64,000 nucleotides of DNA from an uncultured Fibrobacterota bacterium (lineage in GTDB: Bacteria > Fibrobacterota > Chitinivibrionia > Chitinivibrionales > FEN-1185), in the NCBI GenBank assembly GCA_963729895.1, contig CAVSQB010000023.1, positions 14,030-78,029 of the forward strand, in the 5' to 3' direction. Positions within the stretch are counted from its first letter, which is position 1, and each line of letters begins with the position of its first letter. A program made the translations under genes and the position numbers. Of this stretch, positions 56,111 to 64,000 are shown one piece after another. The notes beneath the pieces are model-generated. The model saw only the letters and a program-made list of their open reading frames with translations. It was not told the origin of the DNA and made no database searches.

Positions 56111-57094
56111 ATGCTTGCCAAGCTCCGATCCATGTCGGTCATAGGCATCGACGCATTTGAAATCGGCATCGAGGCCGACATCACGGAGATGCTCCCGAGT
56201 TTCACCATTGTAGGCCTTCCCGACGGCGCCGTACGGGAGAGCCGCGAACGGGTGATGTCGGCCATCAAGAACTGCGGCTTCGAATTCCCCAGCCGCAAGG
56301 TGACGATCAACATGGCTCCCGCAGATGTCAAGAAAGAAGGCTCGGCCTTCGACCTGCCTATCGCCATCGGGCTTCTCATGGCCTCAAATCAGGTGGACAT
56401 CACCTCGACGCAGGATTACATGGTAGTGGGCGAGTTGTCGCTTGACGGATCGGTACGGCAGGTGAAGGGCATGCTGTCGATGGCCATTTGCGCGCGCGAA
56501 CTCGGCATCAAGGGCATGATCGTCCCTCAGCAGAACGCCGAGGAAGCGGCCGTGGCCGAGGGTCTCGACATTTTCCCGGTATCCAGCTTGTCGGCCGCGC
56601 TTGAATTTCTTGCCGGCGGCCGAACCATAGAACCCTTCCGGATAGATCTGAAAGACCTGTTCAACCGATCCCGCGAGTACGCGATCGATTTTCGTGACGT
56701 CAAGGGCCAGGAACATGTCAAGCGCGCCTTGCTCGTTGCCGCGTCCGGCGGCCACAACATCATTATGGTTGGAAGCCCGGGAACGGGGAAAACAATGCTG
56801 TCCCGGCGGCTGCCCACCATATTGCCCGATCTTACCCTTGATGAGGCGCTGGAGACGACGAAAATCCATTCCGTGGCGGGTATGCTTGATCGCAACACCC
56901 CGCTTCTGGCCACCCGGCCGTTTCGCTCGCCGCACCACACCATATCCGATGCGGGCCTCATCGGCGGCGGATCGTACCCGCGTCCGGGCGAAGTGAGCCT
57001 GTCTCACCACGGCGTTCTGTTCCTCGACGAATTACCGGAATTCACGAAGAATGTCCTGGAGAACCCCCGACAGCCGACCTCTGTGTGGAATTAA
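56111..57094 (+). pseudogene. comM: Truncated ComM/YifB Mg-chelatase-like AAA+ ATPase
   Basis: [44 protein letters not shown] and [20 protein letters not shown], then an abrupt break ([13 protein letters not shown]). 327 aa versus roughly 500 aa typical. Confidence 0.9.
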
Positions 57095-57159
57095 GATCCG
57101 CAAAATTGCCTGTTTCCGAGTAAAAACCTCGATTTTCAAAAGAGATCGCTATTGGGACT

Positions 57160-57371
57160 GTAGGCGAATCCCCTCTTCTAGAGCCGCTAAAACCCTTGGA
57201 ATCTCGGTGAAAACTCTTAAGAATCGAGAAAGAAGAGGATTCTACCCTCCGCGCAAAAGGCATCCACATAGCTACTACCGGTATTATTCGCCGGAGGAAA
57301 TCGAGGAGCTGAAGAAAATCAATAGGAAAAACAAAACCGCAATAAAAACGAGAAGGCATTTAACAAGATGA
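57160..57371 (+). pseudogene. MerR-type HTH (excisionase/RDF-like) fragment
   Basis: AAKTLGISVKTLKNRERRG..YRYYSPEEIEEL. No convincing start codon. Confidence 0.5.
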
Positions 57372-57606
57372 ACAAGGTAACCGTTGGTTTATCCAACCTA
57401 TTTCCCTTCATAACGAGTTGGAAGGGCAATGTCAAATCTCCTGGCAATTTCACGGGCTGTTTTTCCCGCTGGCACTGGTGTATATTGCTTGAATACCTCA
57501 TTCTTACCATAATCTATTAAGAACGTAATAGATAATGAAAGTGAACCTGCTGCACATCCTCCAATAATAGTAAGAATTATTTTAATAAAATTGGATTTGA
57601 TCCATT

Positions 57607-57993
57607 TCAGGAATGATTTGCTACCCTTTGGCATACTTCGCTTGACTTGTCCTCGGTGAGACCCAGGGACTTCAATGTAGGATCGGAAACCTCCAGACTA
57701 GGACGGGGGGTTTTCGGCGGTCTCCCACCCTTTGCTAGGGGGGTTTTCGTGAGCAATTTGCCCAACCTATCCTCGGCATCCACAAAGAGCGCGTGGGCTT
57801 TTTTCTTAATCTTTTCACTTTGGTTTTTGATCTTTGCCCAATCCTTTACAACTAAAGCAATGTCCATCAACTTTTTTGCCTTGACAATCGTGGTTGCCTC
57901 GGCCAAAAGCCTGTCCGCCTGTTCCAACAGGGCCACGGCCGAGGTGTCCTTGCCGATGACGGCCAACTCTTTTCCAACCGGTTTCTTCACCAT
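57607..57993 (-). pseudogene. Phage-like helical protein fragment
   Basis: AEDRLGKLL..KGGRP..PTLKSLGLT pattern, as recalled from phage proteins. Appears frameshifted near 57620. Confidence 0.45.
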
Positions 57994-58437
57994 AGAACTT
58001 TACCCCCTACAGATTAAGAAGTTTTTGCCGGGTGTGCGCGTGCGTGAGTTTTCCCCCTCGGCTATACACAATAATACTGCATGGGGAAAGAATTTTCTGG
58101 GCGCGGGGAATAATTCCGGAGATAGGGTAATACTAAATAAACATTTCGAATTTGCTTCTACCGAGTCTTGATACAAATTTGTGCTATTTTCGGTTGGTTT
58201 TTATGGATGTAGCGTAAGGGTAAAATCAGGAATACTAAATAATCATTTCCATATCTTGTTGCCCTAACGAGCGTGTTGAGCGCCGGTACGACAGCATTAC
58301 GATTTCGACCGGTCATGCTCCAACACGGTCACTACGCTGCCAGATTGAAAAAATGATAAAGGGATTGGTTAAAGGTGCTTATTGCTGATACTCTTTTCTT
58401 TCGGTCACGGGTTCCCGATTGCAAAAAGCGCGAAAGT

Positions 58438-59739
58438 TCATAGTTTGATCCGTATTTTCTTAAAGGCCAATGGCATAGATCCTGCGCGGCCATATTCCAT
58501 CCGTAGTGCCCTGATTCTTCCGGTAGCAGAAGCATATGGCACCACCGCGAGCCGTTTCGCGGCCCCGGCGCTCTGCTGACCTATCAATGCCTCTGCAACT
58601 ACGACTGCGTCCGAATCCGGCGGCACGAAAATGTCCGGCGTAATACCGACAAGGTCGTACGAAGCGCCGGTGACGGGCCTCAACAGCGCAAAAGTTACCT
58701 TTGCAAGAGCGGAATCTGGCGTTGTGCTGAGGACCTGGCCCCGCGCCTTCCCGAATGTCCTGGTTCCCATTGTCTTGATGTCCGGCCTGTTGCTCATGAG
58801 ACACGAGGTGAGAATTTCGGCGGCGCTCGCAGTATTGCTGTCAACAAGCTCCACGAATTTTCTGGAAAGCACGGCGCCCTGAAACGACGAAATCAGCTCG
58901 GTATCGACAAGGGAAATGGTATATCGTATCGTGTCCAGCAGATTCTCGTGGATCCGGATGATGGGCGTGTTGTCGGGCACGAACCGGCCGCACACATTGA
59001 CGCATTGGTCAAGATCGCCGCCGGGATTGCCGCGCAGGTCAAGAATAGTGTACGGCGCCCATCTCGTTTCCGCGAGAGCGCTGTCCAGTTCCTCGGTCGT
59101 TCCGCCCGGCATGTCGGTCTGTGAAAGAAAGATCGAAAGGTAGATATAGGCGGTGGTCGAATCAAGTGAGTCGGTAAACACCGATGGCGCGAGAAATGTG
59201 CCGAGCGTGACGGTAATCGTAACCGGCCCGCCTGCCCGCAGGATATGGAGTCTCTTCTTGTCCCCGATGTTTCCGCCGGCAACGTCGGATAAAGTATCAT
59301 AGCTGACGCCCGCGACCGAAACGCCGTTTATAGAGTCTATGGTGTCGCCCTTCATGAGCCCGGCGGCTTGTGCCGGAGAGTTTGGGAAAACATTCATGAT
59401 CTCGTACCCGTTTTTAACAGAATCCAGCAGAATGCCCATGCCTGGAGTCTCGGTTGTCAGGGAATTCAGGTAAAGTTTCGCGCTATCCGGCGGAAAATAC
59501 AAGGTCCAACGCTCCCTAACGGACTGATACAGCGCCTCAGGCGAGGCAAAACCGAACGTATCTTTTGGAAGGCTGTCCGGGAAAATAAAAAAACCATAGA
59601 GAAATTCCGCGGCATAGAGGTATTCCTGGTTATTTCGCTCGGACTGGATCGACTGCGGGTTACTGTGCGGCGAGCAACCGACGCGCAATAAGAAGAGCAA
59701 GGACGCAATAATCAACAAGGGGATTCTTCGATTTTTCAT
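58438..59739 (-). CDS. S41 family C-terminal processing peptidase (PDZ), lipoprotein
   Basis: Lipobox VGC, PDZ (SPAQAAGLMKGDTI), LDLRGNPGG, TASAAEIL and GTRTFGK. Confidence 0.9.
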   Translation of the reverse strand: MKNRRIPLLIIASLLFLLRVGCSPHSNPQSIQSERNNQEYLYAAEFLYGFFIFPDSLPKDTFGFASPEALYQSVRERWTLYFPPDSAKLYLNSLTTETPGMGILLDSVKNGYEIMNVFPNSPAQAAGLMKGDTIDSINGVSVAGVSYDTLSDVAGGNIGDKKRLHILRAGGPVTITVTLGTFLAPSVFTDSLDSTTAYIYLSIFLSQTDMPGGTTEELDSALAETRWAPYTILDLRGNPGGDLDQCVNVCGRFVPDNTPIIRIHENLLDTIRYTISLVDTELISSFQGAVLSRKFVELVDSNTASAAEILTSCLMSNRPDIKTMGTRTFGKARGQVLSTTPDSALAKVTFALLRPVTGASYDLVGITPDIFVPPDSDAVVVAEALIGQQSAGAAKRLAVVPYASATGRIRALRMEYGRAGSMPLAFKKIRIKL

Positions 59740-59778
59740 GTTGTCAGCTTTTTGTTTTAGGTTAAGCCTATTTTGGCC

Positions 59779-62169
59779 TCAGGGAAGAACAAACATTTTC
59801 TGAGCCTGTTTTTTCATTCCTTTTGTTATTGGGTCCTCATATCCGATACGAGCAAAGTAGACTCCGGGAGACACCGTGGTCCCGCTGGTGCTGCATAACC
59901 GCCAATCGAAACCGTTCGCAGACTCTCCAACCGCCCTTGGCTGATCATTACGCCCATACACGTCATGGGCGATGAGCGTGCCGTCAATGGAGTAAATCCA
60001 TAATTCGAGAAGGCTCTTGCCCCTGAAAGAGATGCTGCTGTTCCTTTTGAGGTGGGCCGGATTGGGAAAGACGGCCACGGCGCTCAGCGAATCCACCCAA
60101 GACGCTGATGAATGAAAAACCGCATAGATTCCTGGCTGGACGACCTGTGCCGTGGCATACAAGGACTTATTGACATACGATATGGTACCGCCCGCATTGA
60201 CCCATGCGGAACCGGTCCACACGTACAATCCCAGAGTCGTGACTGCCGGTGTGTCACTTGCCGGGCAATTGATGGTAAGCCCGATTGACGCACCAGTGGA
60301 CCACGTCGCGGGGTAAGAAATATCAAACAGACTGCTCAGGGGAGACAGTTGGTTGCCGGCAGCGGCGGCAATCAGGGAATCATTCGTAATCACCGTTATA
60401 GCAAAAGAACAACGTAAATCCGTCAGCGCTTTCAGCGAAATCGTGGCGGTGTCGGAAGATGTCACCGACGTAAAAACATGTTGATATCCGGCCGCATAGG
60501 TAACCGGACATGTTTGGAACGAAATCGCCGCGTTGTGGTCTGCCGAGATGTCGCCGTTGGAGACAATGAAAAGCGCATCCGTCAGTGAATTCCATGAAGG
60601 AATTTCGAGCGAAGCAATGGTGTTGCTTGCGAACGCAAAGTGCACGATGGAATCCGTCCCGTTGGGTCGTTCCAGGATGCAGGATGCAGACCAGGTTGGA
60701 TAATTGACGGACAAGGCCGGAGGGTCCCCCTTGAAGCTGACTTCGAGGGTGTCGCCCTGAATTTGGGATGGTTCAAAAGCAAAGACCTGCATGCCGTATG
60801 GATTGACCAGTTTGGTTATTTGTTGAGTTGGATCAAGAGCATCATAGGTGAAATTCCATTCGGAAAGCAGTGGAGCGTCCTGTATGAAAAGCCCGGGAAC
60901 GGCGCGAGCACCCGTAAAATAGCTTTGCGTGCCAAAGGCGTTAAGGACATCGACCCAATTCTTCCCGACGGCTGAAGACTCAGCACGGAGAATCTTGTAA
61001 AAATTACCCAGGGTATCGTAATTGCTAAAGAAGACATGCCTGATGAAATCGTTGTCGGGGACCGGGCTGAATTGTTCATGCAGGAATTTGGTTATCAAAC
61101 AATTCGTGAAAATTAACATGCCTGCATCCGTGGGATCGAGCATGGTCATTGTAGGATCATTGAAATAGTCGGGAGTATATTGGATATAATCGAACACGTA
61201 CCGAAATGCCAGACCCTCCATCATGGTGGCTACTCCCTCAGACCAGGTCAAGGGAAGGGAATCGGGAGAACCGTCAGCCTGAAAAAACGACCACGCCATG
61301 GCAAAATTGATCGTGTGGAAAAATTCATGCGGGCAAGTGACCCGTGCCCCATTGTAGGGCATCGTATCGTATCCGGTACCAGCCCAATCCGGACCTGACC
61401 AATCATTCCGTATTTCTATGTAGCTTGGAATTCCGTGAGAGCCCACCTGCTCGTAGGGAACAGGAGTCGTTAGGCCATAAAATCCAGGACCATAAATACT
61501 ATCCAGATTATCAATTATAACCTTGACTCTATTGGACGCATGTGTCGCATCCGTGAAAGGAACGGGCTGAATATAGTTAAACTGACCGATCTCCATAGAC
61601 CATACGCTGTCGAAAGCCCATGCGACTTCATCGACGTAGTCGGGAACGCCGTTTGGCTGATTGTTCTTTGTCCGCCAGTTGCCCCCTACGCCGAATCCGT
61701 AATTGTCGGCAGAATTGACAGCATCTTCACCTTGGGTCGTGTAGTAAATCTCGAAATGGCCGCTCGGCGAAACATAGTAGGTATCTTCGGAGGGAATTTG
61801 GGTCGTTTGCTGGTACAGTTGCTTGAAATCCGTGCTAAGCTTGCTCCAGACCTTGGCGAGCAGGAACAAATCGGTTTCATTGAGGCGGGATTGGGCGGTT
61901 GCGGGCGAACGGTTGATTCTCCGTTCCAAATAAGGCCTGAGCCTGTTTTCCAAATCCTGAATATCTCTCGACGTAATCACGCTCTGTGAAGACCGGATTG
62001 AATGAAGATGCGAAGATCTTACCTTGGCATTGCCGATTCCGGGCATTACAAATGCCAATGCAACTGCAATCCAAAAATGGAATATCGTGTACCGCAAAGT
62101 TACCCCGTGAAAGAAGCAATCGTGCTTTCTATGTGTGTCAAGAACTGTGGATCCGTCGAAACCATCCAA
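59779..62169 (-). CDS. Secreted zinc metalloprotease with T9SS-like C-terminal domain
   Basis: NGVPDYVD, HEFFH..WSEGVAT zinc motif and C-terminal VFPNP..IYSIDGTLI..SPGVYFARI. Start uncertain. Confidence 0.75.
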   Translation of the reverse strand: MDGFDGSTVLDTHRKHDCFFHGVTLRYTIFHFWIAVALAFVMPGIGNAKVRSSHLHSIRSSQSVITSRDIQDLENRLRPYLERRINRSPATAQSRLNETDLFLLAKVWSKLSTDFKQLYQQTTQIPSEDTYYVSPSGHFEIYYTTQGEDAVNSADNYGFGVGGNWRTKNNQPNGVPDYVDEVAWAFDSVWSMEIGQFNYIQPVPFTDATHASNRVKVIIDNLDSIYGPGFYGLTTPVPYEQVGSHGIPSYIEIRNDWSGPDWAGTGYDTMPYNGARVTCPHEFFHTINFAMAWSFFQADGSPDSLPLTWSEGVATMMEGLAFRYVFDYIQYTPDYFNDPTMTMLDPTDAGMLIFTNCLITKFLHEQFSPVPDNDFIRHVFFSNYDTLGNFYKILRAESSAVGKNWVDVLNAFGTQSYFTGARAVPGLFIQDAPLLSEWNFTYDALDPTQQITKLVNPYGMQVFAFEPSQIQGDTLEVSFKGDPPALSVNYPTWSASCILERPNGTDSIVHFAFASNTIASLEIPSWNSLTDALFIVSNGDISADHNAAISFQTCPVTYAAGYQHVFTSVTSSDTATISLKALTDLRCSFAITVITNDSLIAAAAGNQLSPLSSLFDISYPATWSTGASIGLTINCPASDTPAVTTLGLYVWTGSAWVNAGGTISYVNKSLYATAQVVQPGIYAVFHSSASWVDSLSAVAVFPNPAHLKRNSSISFRGKSLLELWIYSIDGTLIAHDVYGRNDQPRAVGESANGFDWRLCSTSGTTVSPGVYFARIGYEDPITKGMKKQAQKMFVLP

Positions 62170-62253
62170 ATCAAGATGTCAATACTTGCCCGTCATGACA
62201 CATTATCAATTGTCCAACTCATGGGTTTTGATTAAGGGACCTCCGGCAATCCC

Positions 62254-62933
62254 CTATTTCGACGATTCTGCAACCTTGTCGCATTTTCTTCTTTCGATCC
62301 AATAGTACAAAACCGGCAAGAATATGGGCGAAAACAACAATGTTGTCATTAATCCTCCCACAATCACTGTGGCCAATGGCCGTTGCACATCCGATCCGAC
62401 ACCCGTATTTAGTGCTGCCGGAAGCAGTCCGATTATCGCTATGGCCAATATGATGAAAACCGGCCGGAACTGAACCAAAGAACCCTTTACGATTGCTTCG
62501 CAAAAGACCGCGTGCTTCTTATTTTCCAATTTATTCAGATAGTTTACCCAGAGCACGCCCGTCATGACGCACACTCCAGCCAAGGAGACAAAACCGACGC
62601 CCGCGGAAATACTGATGTTTATTCTTCTCAGGTACAGTGCAGCAATGCCCCCCACTACCGCCAAGGGGATATTGGTCATGACCATCATTGCATAGCGGAA
62701 TTGATAGCGAAAAAACACAAGTAGAATCGAAAAAATGAGAAACAAGGTAACGGGAATTACCAGAAGCAAGCGATCCCTGGAACGCTTGAGATTTTCAAAC
62801 TGACCTCCAAGGCTGAAGGAATAATTTTCAGGTAATCTTACCTGATCGTCGATTTTCTTATTCAGCTCCTTTGCAAAGCTTCCCTGATCCCTGCCGCGGA
62901 TATTGGTCTTCACGGTTATTTGATGCTCATCTT
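62254..62933 (-). pseudogene. C-terminal fragment of a CusA/CzcA-type RND permease, interrupted by IS4
   Basis: TNIRGRD, GGQFENL, SISAGVGFVSL, RPV and GSDVQRPLATVIVGG. The frame runs up to the IS end. Confidence 0.85.
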
Positions 62934-64000
62934 CAGTAGTGTCCGGTTAAATTGACAACAAGAGAAGGGCTACCAACCTATTTTTATCGTTGAAGGTTTA
63001 GTTTTTGACGATTAAAAAGAGGAGGCAGCCCTTGAACAGAAGAAATACAATATTCAATCAGATAACGCAACTGTTGAATCGGAAGGGATTCTGGCGCATT
63101 GTTAATCGGTACGAAGGAGACAGGTACGTAAAGAGCATGACCTGCTGGCAGGAGATGCAGATTTTGCTCTTTTCGCTGGTAAAGGATTTGGTCAGCTTTC
63201 GGGATGTAGAAGCGTGTCTGAAGAGCAATGCGGATAAGTGGGAACATATTGGTCTTGCGAGTGTAGCCCGCAGTACACTGGCAGATGCACTCGCTCTCCG
63301 GCCATACAAGATGTTTGAAGATCTTTTCTATCAGTTTCTGGATAAATGCCAGCGATTGGCACCTCGTCATGACTTTCGGGTAAAGGTTCCGGTATTTACG
63401 CATGATTCAACCTTGATCAGCGTATGTCTGTCATCGTTTCCATGGGCACGGTATCGCAGGCGCAAAGGTGGATTGAAACTTCATATGCTTCTGGACCATG
63501 ACGGTTACCTACCGTCGTTTATCCGGATGACGGACGGGAAAGTCCATGACATTCGGGTGGTGAAAGATGCCGAATATGATTTTCCTGCGCTTCCGCCGGA
63601 CAGCATCCTCACCATTGATCGAGGCTACACAGATTTTGGCTGGCTTCATTCACTGCATACGACTGGTGTTACATTCGTGATCCTGGCAAAATCCAACATG
63701 GCATATCATCTTGTCGGACAGCACAAAGAACCGAACGTAAGACGCGGAATTATCCGTGATCAGGAAGTCGAAATGTCGAATTTTTACGAAAGCAAGGCAT
63801 ATCCGGAGAAGCTGCGACTGATACAGTATTACAACAAGGAGTTAAACAAGAACCTGGTCTTTCTGACGAACAATTTCACGTTGTCGGCAACGACAATTGC
63901 TGCACTGTACAAGGGAAGATGGGAGATAGAAACATTTTTCAAGTGGATCAAGCAGCACTTGAAGATAAAGACGTTCTACGGGACCAGCGAAAACGCGGTA
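62934..64000 (+). mobile_element. IS4-family insertion sequence (runs off the window)
   Basis: Left end CAGTAGTGTCCGGTTAA, followed by the transposase ORF. Confidence 0.85.
63032..64000 (+). CDS. IS4-family transposase (DUF4372-type N-terminus, 3' partial; absent from the ORF track)
   Basis: Hand translation: MNRRNTIFNQITQLL..GDRYVKSMTCW..DSTLI..KGGLKLH..DRGY..FLTNN..YKGRWEIETFFKWIKQHLKIK. SD GAGGAGG. Confidence 0.9.
   Translation, partial: MNRRNTIFNQITQLLNRKGFWRIVNRYEGDRYVKSMTCWQEMQILLFSLVKDLVSFRDVEACLKSNADKWEHIGLASVARSTLADALALRPYKMFEDLFYQFLDKCQRLAPRHDFRVKVPVFTHDSTLISVCLSSFPWARYRRRKGGLKLHMLLDHDGYLPSFIRMTDGKVHDIRVVKDAEYDFPALPPDSILTIDRGYTDFGWLHSLHTTGVTFVILAKSNMAYHLVGQHKEPNVRRGIIRDQEVEMSNFYESKAYPEKLRLIQYYNKELNKNLVFLTNNFTLSATTIAALYKGRWEIETFFKWIKQHLKIKTFYGTSENAV

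Larger units (their letters stand above)
57075..58260. mobile_element. AT-rich remnant of an integrative element/prophage inserted in comM
   Basis: Sharp GC drop right after the comM break. Contains a MerR-like HTH and a phage-type ORF fragment. Boundaries approximate. Confidence 0.55.

Noticed and set aside
58262..58335. attC-like hairpin (CCCTAAC..GTGTTGAGC..GCTCCAACAC)
   Set aside because: Lacks the closing GTTRRRY R' site, and there is no integron integrase or cassette array nearby.

Overview
GC-rich bacterial chromosomal window. The lineage is inferred to be FCB group, possibly Fibrobacterota/Chitinivibrionia-like, from secreted proteins with T9SS-like C-terminal domains, DUF1573 and a sigma70 lacking region 1.1; this is not proven. 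In order: (1) lptA'-lptB-rpoN-lipA-hpf-mlaD-ptsH; hom-thrC-apgM-like; a WcaJ-like sugar transferase. (2) A ~15 kb putative nickel-uptake island: nikR, two TonB-dependent receptors, a Vibrio TonB2/3-like ttpB-ttpC-exbB/exbD-tonB-TPR operon, a CxxC/RAPP leader peptide, tandem NikR-type operators and a CbiMNQO/NikMNQO ECF transporter. (3) A sigma54 two-component module, an ASKHA/RACo protein, trpS, an SPFH/zinc-ribbon pair and secreted proteins. (4) A partial type VI secretion locus (tssA-[IS1380]-tssB-tssC-hcp). (5) A sigma70 factor, glgC, a LysM protein, argJ, a truncated comM followed by an AT-rich mobile-element remnant, two peptidases, and a cusA-like gene broken by an IS4 element. The most unusual signal is three diverged copies of a bipartite, covarying, highly structured 330-430 nt intergenic element after lptB, thrC and apgM. 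Two of the three copies carry near-identical IS5-family insertions at CTAG.
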